DNA from: Pseudomonadales bacterium | GTDB lineage: Bacteria > Pseudomonadota > Gammaproteobacteria > Pseudomonadales > JAHEIH01 | Assembly (NCBI GenBank): GCA_035458985.1 | Contig: DATHYR010000288.1 | Location: 8,832-72,831 of the forward strand | Direction: 5' to 3' | Length of the DNA: 64,000 bases | Shown: one piece after another, positions 1-9,343 of the stretch | Numbering within the stretch: the first letter of the stretch is position 1 | Layout: each line of letters begins with the position of its first letter | Made by a program: the position numbers and the translations under genes | Notes under the pieces: generated by a model | What the model was told of the DNA's origin: nothing | What the model saw: only the letters and a program-made list of their open reading frames with translations | Database searches by the model: none

Positions 1-1067
1 CGCTGAGCGTGAATTCTGCGAACGTCACCAAAGTGCTGGGTATGGTGCAGGATTTTTCCGACCAAACCAATCTTTTGGCATTGAACGCCTCCATCGAAGC
101 TGCTCGTGCCGGCGATGCCGGACGAGGGTTTGCGGTGGTGGCTGATGAAGTTCGGACGCTGGCCCAAAAAGTGAGTCAAGCCACCACTGAAATTGAAAAA
201 AACATTGGTGAAATGACCGGCCTTGTTAAACACACAAAAGGCAGTGCAGATACCATTTTAGATTACGTTAACAATACCAAATCCGTCATCGACAGTACCG
301 GCGAGCACTTTGACCGCCTAGTGAACGAATTTGAAAGTGTTAATAGTCAGCTAACAGGTATCAGTGCTGCCCTAGATGAGTTGGTGTATACCAACAAAGA
401 GTCCCACAACCGCGTGGAAGAAATCACCGAAATCTCCAAAGGTATTCAGCACGAAATGCAGGAAACACTGTTGTTCTCTGAGGAGCTTGAACTTGCGACA
501 GAACAAACCCAAGAATTGTTGTCTCGCTTTATCATTGGTTATGGCGGATTTGAATCCATGATCCAAACCGGTCGCCGCTGGGCTCGCCAAACGGAGCACG
601 CGCTAGGTCAACTCCAGCAACAAGGTAATAACCTCTTCGATCAGAACTATCAGCGCGTTAACAAAGGTCAAAAACCCGAGAAATACCATGTGTCGTATAT
701 GGAAGCATACGAACGCATCATGCAGCCATTGTTCGATGGATTCATCAAAGAGCGGCCTGAATTTATCTATGCCATCGCCGTGGACAATAAAGGCTACGCA
801 CCGGCACATCACAGCAAAGTCTCCGCGCCTATCACAGGCGACTTCAGTGTCGACAATCTTAAAAGCCGTCATCGTCGGATTTTTAATGGTAATCGCGCCG
901 AAATAAGACGCGCCTCGCATACCGAACCCTTTTTGCTTCAGACCTTTATCCGCGATACCGGCGAAATTCTTAACGATCTCTCTATACCACTTCATGTCAA
1001 CGGCCGCCATTGGGGCGCCCTCATCATGGGCTTCAACCCCAGCACCCTTCTCGATGAAAATGCCTAA
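1..1067 (+). CDS. Methyl-accepting chemotaxis protein, 5'-truncated by the window edge; signalling domain followed by an extra ~170-aa C-terminal domain
   Basis: The frame is open to the window start. It carries the canonical MCP hairpin-tip motif [34 protein letters not shown]. The C-terminal region ends in ...[11 protein letters not shown]. Confidence 0.9.
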   Translation, partial: LSVNSANVTKVLGMVQDFSDQTNLLALNASIEAARAGDAGRGFAVVADEVRTLAQKVSQATTEIEKNIGEMTGLVKHTKGSADTILDYVNNTKSVIDSTGEHFDRLVNEFESVNSQLTGISAALDELVYTNKESHNRVEEITEISKGIQHEMQETLLFSEELELATEQTQELLSRFIIGYGGFESMIQTGRRWARQTEHALGQLQQQGNNLFDQNYQRVNKGQKPEKYHVSYMEAYERIMQPLFDGFIKERPEFIYAIAVDNKGYAPAHHSKVSAPITGDFSVDNLKSRHRRIFNGNRAEIRRASHTEPFLLQTFIRDTGEILNDLSIPLHVNGRHWGALIMGFNPSTLLDENA

Positions 1068-1160
1068 ATAAGAGACCGAATGACCGTGGAACACTTGTGA
1101 TACGGTTAGCGTATGTATATTATGCTTTGCTAATTTAATCATTCATCGTTCGGGGACGCT

Positions 1161-1598
1161 ATGATCGACATTGCATGGGAGCTCTTTACTCCTTGGGCTG
1201 CTATTTTTGGGGGCGCCATCATTGGCGTTTCCGCCACCATTTTTTTACTCTTTAATGGCAGAATCGCCGGTATCTCTGGCATTTTGGGCGGCCTTTTCCG
1301 CCCCATGCCAGGTGATATTTTCTGGCGTGTCGCATTCATACTCGGCATGTTACTCGCCCCCTGGGTCTGGCAAGCCATCGCAAAAATGCCTGAAATTCAA
1401 ATCAATGCGGGCTATGACACATTAATCATTGCAGGTTTATTGGTCGGTGTAGGAACGCGCTTCGGATCGGGATGCACCAGTGGACATGGCGTCTGCGGCT
1501 TATCTCGTTTATCACTGCGCTCTTTCGTCGCTACCCTATCTTTCATGAGCGCAGGATTTATCATGACATACGTGGTTCGCCACGCCTTTGGAGCTTAA
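1161..1598 (+). CDS. YeeE/YedE-family membrane protein (putative sulfur-compound transport), half-size subunit 1
   Basis: Hydrophobic 145-aa protein with the GSGCTSGHGVCG motif typical of YeeE/YedE. The second half-size paralogue starts 3 nt after its stop. Confidence 0.8.
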   Translation: MIDIAWELFTPWAAIFGGAIIGVSATIFLLFNGRIAGISGILGGLFRPMPGDIFWRVAFILGMLLAPWVWQAIAKMPEIQINAGYDTLIIAGLLVGVGTRFGSGCTSGHGVCGLSRLSLRSFVATLSFMSAGFIMTYVVRHAFGA

Positions 1599-1601
1599 GC
1601 C

Positions 1602-2027
1602 ATGAATGTTGGATTCTTTGCATTTCTTTCCGGCTTGGTATTTGGCATTGGCCTGCTCGTCAGTGGCATGGCCAACCCGGAGAAAGTTCTCAATTTCTTG
1701 GATATTACTGGTCATTGGGACCCGTCGCTTATGTTAGTGATGGTAGGTGCTATTGCGGTTGGCTTAGTCTCTTTCAGCATTGCCAAAAAACGCACCCTGA
1801 CGTTCCTTGGTCTAGGCATCAAATTGCCCACCGCCGACAAAGTTGACAAGCGACTTGTTGGGGGCAGTGTATTGTTTGGTATGGGCTGGGGTTTGGCAGG
1901 TTTCTGCCCGGGTCCTGCGCTGGTAGCCCTGGGCACGGGCGAATTTAAAGGGCTCGTGTTTGTGCTCGCCATGATCGCAGGTATGCTATTATTCGAAGCC
2001 ATTGATCGGCCTAAGCGCATTAGTTAA
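1602..2027 (+). CDS. YeeE/YedE-family membrane protein, half-size subunit 2
   Basis: Hydrophobic 141-aa protein with a GWGLAGFCPGPA motif. It is tightly coupled to the upstream paralogue. Confidence 0.75.
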   Translation: MNVGFFAFLSGLVFGIGLLVSGMANPEKVLNFLDITGHWDPSLMLVMVGAIAVGLVSFSIAKKRTLTFLGLGIKLPTADKVDKRLVGGSVLFGMGWGLAGFCPGPALVALGTGEFKGLVFVLAMIAGMLLFEAIDRPKRIS

Positions 2028-2068
2028 TCCTTCGCCCCGTATAGACGGGGCCCTAATAGAGAAAAGCC

Positions 2069-2473
2069 ATGACACCTCGCGAATTGGATGAAAATATCTC
2101 CGTCACGCCTCAGATCAGTATCGAGGACATTCACACTGCCGCCCAACTCGGCTTTAAAACCATTATTGCCAACCGTCCTGATGGCGAGGAATATGGCCAA
2201 ATACCCATGGCTGACCTTGAACAGGCGGCTAAAGACGCCGGCCTGTCATGGATATACCAGCCCGTTGTTTCTGGTCAGTTTACTCCACAGAGCGTGGCAG
2301 ATTTTGCCAGTCATTACGCCCAAGCAGAAAAACCGATTTTGGCATTTTGTCGTACCGGCACACGCTGCAGTATTCTCTGGGGTCTTTCCAACCCAGAACA
2401 ATACGATCTTGAGACTGTGATTCACAAAGCCCACGAGGCAGGTTACGACCTTAGCGGTCTGCGCGGCCGTTAA
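2069..2473 (+). CDS. DUF442/TIGR01244-type sulfurtransferase-like protein (stand-alone Blh N-terminal-like domain)
   Basis: 134 aa with ISVTPQI...IANRPDGEE...AFCRTGTRCS, a phosphatase-like Cys-Arg loop. It lies next to the YeeE-like genes. Confidence 0.7.
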   Translation: MTPRELDENISVTPQISIEDIHTAAQLGFKTIIANRPDGEEYGQIPMADLEQAAKDAGLSWIYQPVVSGQFTPQSVADFASHYAQAEKPILAFCRTGTRCSILWGLSNPEQYDLETVIHKAHEAGYDLSGLRGR

Positions 2474-2475
2474 TT

Positions 2476-3252
2476 TTGAATCACACGTTCGACGCCGAGG
2501 ATGTCGAGCAACTCGACATCCTCTTCCTTGATAAGCACTACGTCGTTATCGACAAACCCTCTGGCCTCCTTGTCCACCGCAGCCCTATTGATCGTCATGA
2601 GACGCGCTTTGCCTTACAAATACTGCGCGATCAACTCGGCCAATACATCTACCCTATTCACCGCCTAGACAAACCTACGTCAGGTGCCATGATCTTCGCT
2701 CTCAGCCGTGAGGCGGCCAATGCCATGGCCGAGCAAATTCATAGCGATACCGTTCAAAAAACCTATTGGGCGGTGGTAAGAGGCTTCACCCCTGAAGAAG
2801 GAAGTATTGAGCATGCGCTCAGTTATCAAGCGGATGATTATGCGGATAAGGACAAACGTATTTTACCACCTGCACAGTCCGCACTGACGCATTTTAGGCG
2901 TTTGGCCACCGTTGAAATTCCAGTCTTTGTCGATCGCTATCCTCAAACCCGGTATTCTTGGGTGGAACTCACGCCGGTCACAGGCCGTCGACACCAATTG
3001 CGTCGACACATGAAGCATATTGGACACCCCATCATTGGCGATGCTCGCCACGGTAAAGGGGTCCACAACCGATATTTTCAAGATGCCTATAACGCGCATC
3101 GTTTAATGTTGATGTCAAGACAACTGCGCTGGCAACATCCCTTCAGCGGCGACATGATCTGTTGCGAAGCGTCAATGGATGAAGCGTTTCGAAATGTGTT
3201 TACCGCGTTTGAATGGGCGCTGCCTACGCTAGGCGACAGCCCCCACCAATAG
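2476..3252 (+). CDS. truC: tRNA pseudouridine(65) synthase TruC (RluA family)
   Basis: Motifs DKPSGLLVHRS...HRLDKPTSGAMIFA, and length and layout match TruC. TTG start. Confidence 0.85.
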   Translation: MNHTFDAEDVEQLDILFLDKHYVVIDKPSGLLVHRSPIDRHETRFALQILRDQLGQYIYPIHRLDKPTSGAMIFALSREAANAMAEQIHSDTVQKTYWAVVRGFTPEEGSIEHALSYQADDYADKDKRILPPAQSALTHFRRLATVEIPVFVDRYPQTRYSWVELTPVTGRRHQLRRHMKHIGHPIIGDARHGKGVHNRYFQDAYNAHRLMLMSRQLRWQHPFSGDMICCEASMDEAFRNVFTAFEWALPTLGDSPHQ

Positions 3253-5070
3253 GTAGAAGAGATAAGCTACCACATAAGCCATGATGCCATAACCCACAAA
3301 CAGCTGGGCAGGTAAACGCCACGATCTTGATTCGCGGCGCAACGTCGCCAGCGTGGAGATGCACTGGGAAGCCAGGGCAAAGAACACCACAATAGCCACA
3401 CCCGAGGCCAAACTCAAACCACTGGTCGTGATTTGGTCGGCCAAGGATCCAATGTTCTCTTCACCGTCTTCGATACCAAACAAGGTGCCCAATGTACCAA
3501 CAAAGACTTCTCTAGCGAGGAAAGACGCCAAGATGGCGACGCCGTATTTCCAGTCTAATCCCAGGGGCTCAAAAACGGGTTCAATTAAACGGCCGGCATA
3601 ACCTAGCCAGGATTCACCGAGATCCTGACCGTAGTTAGGCATGTAACCTAAGACCCACACCACCAAGCTCACCCAGAAAATAACCGGACCTGCACGTTTA
3701 ACGAAATCGCCGCTGCGCTCCCAAGCATTACGTATCAATGTGACAACACCGGGCGTTCGATAGGGAGGCATTTCAAGCACAAAGGGAGTATCGTCGCTCT
3801 CGGCCTGATCAAAGCGCGATACCACGGCTACCACCAACAAGCCGGCGACAATACCCAGCAAATAAATGAACAATAAGGCCAAACCCTGCAGTCCAACCCA
3901 ACCCCCGAGGATGGTTTGGTCGGGTATAAAAGCAGCAATCAGTAAACCATACACCGGGAGACGTGCCGAACATGGCATCAGAGGAATCGCCAAGTAAGTC
4001 AGCCAACGGCGGCGTGGCGACTCGATGGTGCGCGCCGCATAAATGCCAGGAATAGCACAGGCCACACCAGACAACATGGGCACGAAACTCTTACCGGTTA
4101 ACCCGAAGCTGCGCAAAGGGCGGTGACAAATCACTGCCGCTCGGGCAAGGTAACCCGAGTCTTCCATCAGTCCAACCACCATCGTAAGAATAAAAATCTG
4201 CGGTACGAAGACCAAGAATGATCCCAAACCACCAAACAAGGCATCGGCGACAAAATCGCGCGACCAGCCATCATCGAACCACGGCAGAACCGCATCCGCA
4301 GCCAAACCAATCAGCGTTTCTACCCCGTCCATCAGCGGTGCGGCCCAGGTGAAGATAGACTGGAACAACAAAAACATGATGAAAACGAAACTCAAGCCAC
4401 CAGTGACGGTATTCAAAAAGAACTGGTCAGCCTTGGTATGGGCTTTTAATAAGTAGTCGCCCTTCGGGCCGTATTCGGCCGTGAGATCTTCCGCTAAATT
4501 ACGCAGACGATTCTGATCAACAGCGATTTCATTGGCGGCCAGCAGTGATGTCGGTGGGGCTATTTGCCCACCCAATAATGCCACCAATGCTTTGACCCCA
4601 TCACCACTACGCGCCGACACAGGCACCACTGGCACGCCTAGTCTATCGGAGAGGCCAGGCGCATCGATCGCCATGTTGTGACGACTGAGAATATCGGTCA
4701 TGTTACTGGCGATAACCATGGGATGCCCCGCTGCACGACACGCCTCACGCACCTGCAGGGCAAAAAATAGGCCTTTCTCAAGACGGGTCGAATCCACTAC
4801 ACAAACAACACCGGCAATCTCACCCGGATGAGCTTGGACAGCATCATTAAATGCCTTGACCGCAATCTCTTCCTCGCCAGAAATGTACTGCAGTGAATAG
4901 ACACCTGGAAAATCCACCACTTCAAGGTCGTGATTGTCACGACACATCCCAGCGTGGGTTGACACGGTAATACCAGGAAAGTTAGCGACACGCTGGTTCA
5001 TACCGGTCATGCGGTTGAACAGCATACTCTTGCCAGAATTTGGACTTCCTACGAGGAGAACTTTCTTCAT
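3229..5070 (-). CDS. feoB: Ferrous iron transporter FeoB
   Basis: N-terminal G domain (GSPNSGKSMLFN, DFPG) followed by a polytopic membrane domain. The start overlaps the feoA stop by 4 nt. Confidence 0.95.
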   Translation of the reverse strand: MKKVLLVGSPNSGKSMLFNRMTGMNQRVANFPGITVSTHAGMCRDNHDLEVVDFPGVYSLQYISGEEEIAVKAFNDAVQAHPGEIAGVVCVVDSTRLEKGLFFALQVREACRAAGHPMVIASNMTDILSRHNMAIDAPGLSDRLGVPVVPVSARSGDGVKALVALLGGQIAPPTSLLAANEIAVDQNRLRNLAEDLTAEYGPKGDYLLKAHTKADQFFLNTVTGGLSFVFIMFLLFQSIFTWAAPLMDGVETLIGLAADAVLPWFDDGWSRDFVADALFGGLGSFLVFVPQIFILTMVVGLMEDSGYLARAAVICHRPLRSFGLTGKSFVPMLSGVACAIPGIYAARTIESPRRRWLTYLAIPLMPCSARLPVYGLLIAAFIPDQTILGGWVGLQGLALLFIYLLGIVAGLLVVAVVSRFDQAESDDTPFVLEMPPYRTPGVVTLIRNAWERSGDFVKRAGPVIFWVSLVVWVLGYMPNYGQDLGESWLGYAGRLIEPVFEPLGLDWKYGVAILASFLAREVFVGTLGTLFGIEDGEENIGSLADQITTSGLSLASGVAIVVFFALASQCISTLATLRRESRSWRLPAQLFVGYGIMAYVVAYLFYLLVGAVA

Positions 5071-5318
5071 GCGTGAAGGGATTGAATGTGAACGAGTTCC
5101 GCGAGCGGTTGCTCAAGCGAATAAACACTGTTGGCTACTTGATACAACTTGGGCGCACCCAAGGAGGGAGCCATAGAACAGGTAACAACTGCACCTTCAC
5201 GAAACCCCAACTCTTCGAGACGCAAACGAATATTGGCTTTCATGCTGGCATCAAAGCCAGTCACGACACAACTTTTTCCACGGCGCATTTGCCATAGCGA
5301 AGAGGCACTATTAATCAA
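5067..5318 (-). CDS. feoA: Ferrous iron transport protein FeoA
   Basis: Small SH3-like protein directly upstream of feoB. TTG start preceded by GGAG at about 7 nt. An ATG alternative exists at 5288. Confidence 0.85.
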   Translation of the reverse strand: MINSASSLWQMRRGKSCVVTGFDASMKANIRLRLEELGFREGAVVTCSMAPSLGAPKLYQVANSVYSLEQPLAELVHIQSLHA

Positions 5319-5369
5319 GGGTTAGCTCCAGTAAAGTACACGAATAATTTTAGCACTTTAAATGCAAAT

Positions 5370-5388
5370 AACAATCTTTATCATTTAC
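5370..5388 (-). promoter_or_regulatory. Putative Fur box upstream of feoAB
   Basis: The minus strand reads GTAAATGATAAAGATTGTT. By my manual alignment this matches 13/19 positions of the GATAATGATAATCATTATC consensus. It lies 52-70 nt upstream of the feoA start. Confidence 0.5.
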
Positions 5389-5427
5389 GTTTCATCGTCA
5401 CATTTAGTTTAGCCTAACCACAAGGAA

Positions 5428-6198
5428 ATGCTTTATATGGTGCATAGCGACAACACTCCCGCTTGGCTCGTGGAACGCCGAGAGCGTGTTTTCTTGGTTT
5501 TAGCCGGGGTTTTTATCTGCAGTATGACCATGCTGAACATTATTGGTATCACGCGTTTTGTGCAACTCGGCCCCATGTCCCTCGCCGTGGGTGTTCTCCC
5601 CTACCCAATTACCTTTCTCTGTACAGATCTCATCTGTGAGTTATATGGACAGCGTCGCGCTAACTTCATGGTCACAGTAGGGCTGTTTTTAAACTTGTTC
5701 ATTTTTGGCGTCATGAGCCTCGCTAACGTGCTGCCAGCAGCGGACGCCATACCGCCTTGGCAGGCGTTGATGCTCGCCAATGAAGTGGGGCTGCCCGACG
5801 GCAGTGTTCTGAAAGATTCGGCTGAACTATTTACCTTATTGTACGCCTGCACGTCTGGCGCCATGTTTGCCTCCATGATGGCCTACATCGCTGCGCAATA
5901 CTGCGATGTGAAACTTTTTCACTTCTGGAAACGGGTAACGAAAGGAAAATATCTGTGGATACGCAATAATTTCAGCACGATGGTCAGCCAATTAGTCGAT
6001 TCATTCACCGTGATTGCCGTGACCTTTGGCGCCGCCTTCTTGAGTGGCGACCTGACGCTGAAAGCGATGTTCGTGTTACTGGCTAGCAACTATTTCTTTA
6101 AGGTGGTCTGCGCCCTGGCAGACACACCCTTTTTCTACTTCTTTACCTTCAAACTGCGTCACTACCTGCAGTTTGAAGACCCTACAAAGGCTCACTAA
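5428..6198 (+). CDS. yhhQ: Queuosine-precursor transporter (YhhQ/VUT family)
   Basis: Polytopic 256-aa protein with the ...YPITFLCTDLICELYG... signature of the YhhQ family. Confidence 0.8.
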   Translation: MLYMVHSDNTPAWLVERRERVFLVLAGVFICSMTMLNIIGITRFVQLGPMSLAVGVLPYPITFLCTDLICELYGQRRANFMVTVGLFLNLFIFGVMSLANVLPAADAIPPWQALMLANEVGLPDGSVLKDSAELFTLLYACTSGAMFASMMAYIAAQYCDVKLFHFWKRVTKGKYLWIRNNFSTMVSQLVDSFTVIAVTFGAAFLSGDLTLKAMFVLLASNYFFKVVCALADTPFFYFFTFKLRHYLQFEDPTKAH

Positions 6199-9100
6199 AC
6201 CGCTTGTTTTGGCTGGCGCCATGCCAGCCATTTATCCTTTAAGACACCGGGCAAGACCAACATCACCGGGGTAAGAAACAAGGTCATTATGGTCGAAAAG
6301 AACAAACCAAACACAATCGCGCGGGCCACAAACACAAAGTAAGACGACACCACACCATTGACGATGATTTCACGCCCCACCAAATCGATACTCAGACCAG
6401 CCGCCAAGGGCAAAAGCCCCAAAATAGTGGTCGTGGTGGTTAAAAAGATCGGCCTTAATCGCTGAGCACACGCTCTCACCGCCGCCTCAGCACGCTGACT
6501 GTCTGTGCCTTTGAAGACCTCGTTGTAGGTGTCAATTAAGACGATATTATTGTTCACCACAATACCGGCGAGTGCCACAACGCCCACCCCAGTCATAATG
6601 GTACTGAACGGGTCGCCAGTAATGAGGAGCCCCAACAACACCCCGGCGGTAGACAACACCACGGAACTGAGAATCAAGAAGGCTTGATAAAAACTATTGA
6701 ACTGGGTCACCAATAGCACAAACATTAAAAACAGTGCCAATAAAAACGCCAACGATAAAAATCTCAACGAGTCTTCCTGCTCTTCATTGGCACCGCGAAA
6801 CACAACCCTCACCTCAGGATCAACGGGGTTTTGTTGCAAATACGCCTGCACCGCTTTAACCACATTATCGGCCAAATACCCGGCCTGCACGTCGGCCTGC
6901 ACCTTCATGACATCGATATAATCCACGCGCTCGACTTTATCGACCTTAGGTTTGGGCACGCGATTGACAAACGTACTCACCGGCACAGGACCTTGCGGGG
7001 TAGTCACGCGTAATTCTTCAAGCATTTTTAAACCCCGGTATTCTTCGGGATAGCGAAGGCGAATTTCAATTTCATCGTTAGCATCATCGGGTCGGTATTC
7101 CGCCAATAACAAACCGTCAGTGACCAACTGAATCGCACGCCCAACCTGTAAAATATTCACCCCCATCTGGGCCGCCAGTGCACGGTCGACTTCCATCTCC
7201 CATTGAATACCTGGCAGTGGGGTGCTATCTGTGACGTCGCGAGTCCCTTCGATCTCATTTTCCAACACGCGCTGTAGATAGCGGGTGGTGGCTAACAATT
7301 TGTCGCGATTAATACTTTCCAATTGTATTTGGATCGGCTTACCCACTGGCGGGCCACCCTCAAATACATCCGCCGACACAAAAATACCTGGAATATCACG
7401 GGTAGCTTCACGCATCGCCTCGAACACTTCTCGGGTTGAGCGTGGGAATGACTTAGGATCTTTAAGCTCAACCAGGATATTCGCAACTTCATCCTTGGCA
7501 CTCACCCGCGCTGAACGCGAACCACCACTGCGCGTGTTGATCAATTTCACCTCATCAAAGGTCAGTAGACGCTTTTCAACTTCACTGACCAAGCGACGCG
7601 TCTCTTCAATCGACAAGTTGCCTTGCGCCCTGACCGCCACAACACCCGCGGTTTCTTCAGTCTCGGCAAAGAACATCACCCCATTGTTAAATTTGCCGTA
7701 AATTTCAAAGATGGCAAACACAATCAACATGGCCACCGCCATGCTTCTCAAGGGATGGCGAACCAGTTTGTGCAGCGCTCGAGCATACAAACCGGTATAC
7801 CCTCCTAGAGTTAAGGGGTTGTCTTCCTCTAAATGGCAAAGATACTGACGGGTTTTCTCGCTCATATTAGAGCTGGGTAGCAACGACCCGAGCACCGGGG
7901 CGAAAAATAGCGCATAGGCCAAGGAGCACAGCAAAACACTGAACACGGTGACCGGCAGATAGCGCATAAAATCGCCTGACACACCCGGCCAAAACATCAT
8001 CGGTAAGAACGCCGCTAGGGTGGTCGCTGTCGACGCCACCACCGGCCAAAACATGCGTCGCACGGCATACAGATAGGCGCGCTGGTTGTCCATACCCTCG
8101 GCCATTTTTCGATTGGCAAACTCTGAAATTACGATCGGGCCGTCAATCAACATACCCAGTGCCAACAACATGCCAAACATCACCATGAAGTTGAAGGAGA
8201 AATCCACGTAGTGCAGCCAGATCATCGACATGAGTAGCGAAAAGGGAATCCCCAAACCAACCAAAATGCCCGTTTTAAAACCCAGTGCACCCACTACAAT
8301 TACCATCACCAGTACCACAGCGGTGAGAATGTTGCCGCGCATTTCCTCAATCATACCGCTGGAAAACTGCGACAAATCGAAGGCGTAAGAGACCGTGACA
8401 CCACGAGGAATTCGGTGCTTAATACTGTCTATTTGCTCACGCACGAGCGAAGCCACTTCAATTTGGTTCGCTTCTACACGCTTTTGAACCTCGAGCAAAA
8501 TGGCCGGCTCACCATTAAAATTGCTAAAACTTAACGGGTCTTTGAAGGTACGCCTAACGTCGGCAACGTCAGATAACAACACAGTGCCATTGGCATTCGA
8601 CAACACCGGAATGTTGGCAATGTCGCTGTATTTTTCGATTAGCGCAGGGACTTTCACAGGAAATCGGCCACGGCCATAATCCACATCGCCGGCGGGAATC
8701 AATAAATTATTCGCACTTAAAAGGTCGATCAGAGTTTCAGCGGTAAGCTGGTAATTTTCCAGCCTGGCAGGATCTATGACAATCTCAACCAACTCCTCGC
8801 GCTCACCAATTAAGGAGGCCTCAAGCACGCCATTCAGTCCTTCGACTTCGCGCTGTATCATTTGCGCCGTTTGGAAAACCATGCGCTCACTTGCCCCATC
8901 TGACATCGAGAAGGCAATCGTGATGGCAGGAAAATCATCGGCCGTCAGCTCTTTGACCACAGGCTCTTCTGCATCCATAGGCAGTTCGGCTTTGGCGCGA
9001 TCAATGGCAACGCGCACATCATTGACAGCCTTGTCTGATTTCACCGCCCCCGCTTCAAATTTAATAATAATGGTGGCGACCGACTCGCTGCCTATGGCAC

Positions 9101-9341
9101 GCACCTCTTCGATCCCTTCAACCGCCCGCAATTCCTTTTCAATGGGACGAACCAATAGTCGAGAAGCGTCTTCTGGAGACACACCAAATAACACTACCGA
9201 TACCAACACATAGGGCACTTTCACTCGCGGTGTGGCTTCCAATGGGATAGTGAAGTAACTGTAAAGACTGACAGCCATTAATAATAAGAGCACCGAAAAG
9301 GTACTGCGATAATGATTAACCGCGCTGGTAATGATACTCAT
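6195..9341 (-). CDS. RND efflux transporter permease (AcrB/HAE family)
   Basis: 1048 aa with 12-TM RND topology and two large periplasmic loops. It is preceded by an adaptor gene 2 nt upstream. Confidence 0.95.
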   Translation of the reverse strand: MSIITSAVNHYRSTFSVLLLLMAVSLYSYFTIPLEATPRVKVPYVLVSVVLFGVSPEDASRLLVRPIEKELRAVEGIEEVRAIGSESVATIIIKFEAGAVKSDKAVNDVRVAIDRAKAELPMDAEEPVVKELTADDFPAITIAFSMSDGASERMVFQTAQMIQREVEGLNGVLEASLIGEREELVEIVIDPARLENYQLTAETLIDLLSANNLLIPAGDVDYGRGRFPVKVPALIEKYSDIANIPVLSNANGTVLLSDVADVRRTFKDPLSFSNFNGEPAILLEVQKRVEANQIEVASLVREQIDSIKHRIPRGVTVSYAFDLSQFSSGMIEEMRGNILTAVVLVMVIVVGALGFKTGILVGLGIPFSLLMSMIWLHYVDFSFNFMVMFGMLLALGMLIDGPIVISEFANRKMAEGMDNQRAYLYAVRRMFWPVVASTATTLAAFLPMMFWPGVSGDFMRYLPVTVFSVLLCSLAYALFFAPVLGSLLPSSNMSEKTRQYLCHLEEDNPLTLGGYTGLYARALHKLVRHPLRSMAVAMLIVFAIFEIYGKFNNGVMFFAETEETAGVVAVRAQGNLSIEETRRLVSEVEKRLLTFDEVKLINTRSGGSRSARVSAKDEVANILVELKDPKSFPRSTREVFEAMREATRDIPGIFVSADVFEGGPPVGKPIQIQLESINRDKLLATTRYLQRVLENEIEGTRDVTDSTPLPGIQWEMEVDRALAAQMGVNILQVGRAIQLVTDGLLLAEYRPDDANDEIEIRLRYPEEYRGLKMLEELRVTTPQGPVPVSTFVNRVPKPKVDKVERVDYIDVMKVQADVQAGYLADNVVKAVQAYLQQNPVDPEVRVVFRGANEEQEDSLRFLSLAFLLALFLMFVLLVTQFNSFYQAFLILSSVVLSTAGVLLGLLITGDPFSTIMTGVGVVALAGIVVNNNIVLIDTYNEVFKGTDSQRAEAAVRACAQRLRPIFLTTTTTILGLLPLAAGLSIDLVGREIIVNGVVSSYFVFVARAIVFGLFFSTIMTLFLTPVMLVLPGVLKDKWLAWRQPKQAV

Positions 9342-9343
9342 AA

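Noticed and set aside
603-1142. Long antisense ORFs inside well-supported genes (603-1142, 8776-9213, 29751-30200, 30621-31118, 32283-32750, 58919-59278, 61889-62368 and others in the track)
   Set aside because: Each lies fully within, and opposite or out of frame to, a gene with clear family motifs. Their compositions are low-complexity (Ser/Arg/Ala/Pro-rich), as expected for shadow frames in a mid-to-high-GC genome.
5319-5427. Possible preQ1 riboswitch upstream of the YhhQ-type queuosine-precursor transporter
   Set aside because: I looked for the small preQ1-I hairpin with an A-rich tail pairing to the RBS and found no GGTTC/ACCC-type stem or matching pseudoknot. The region is better explained by the feoA Fur box and promoters.
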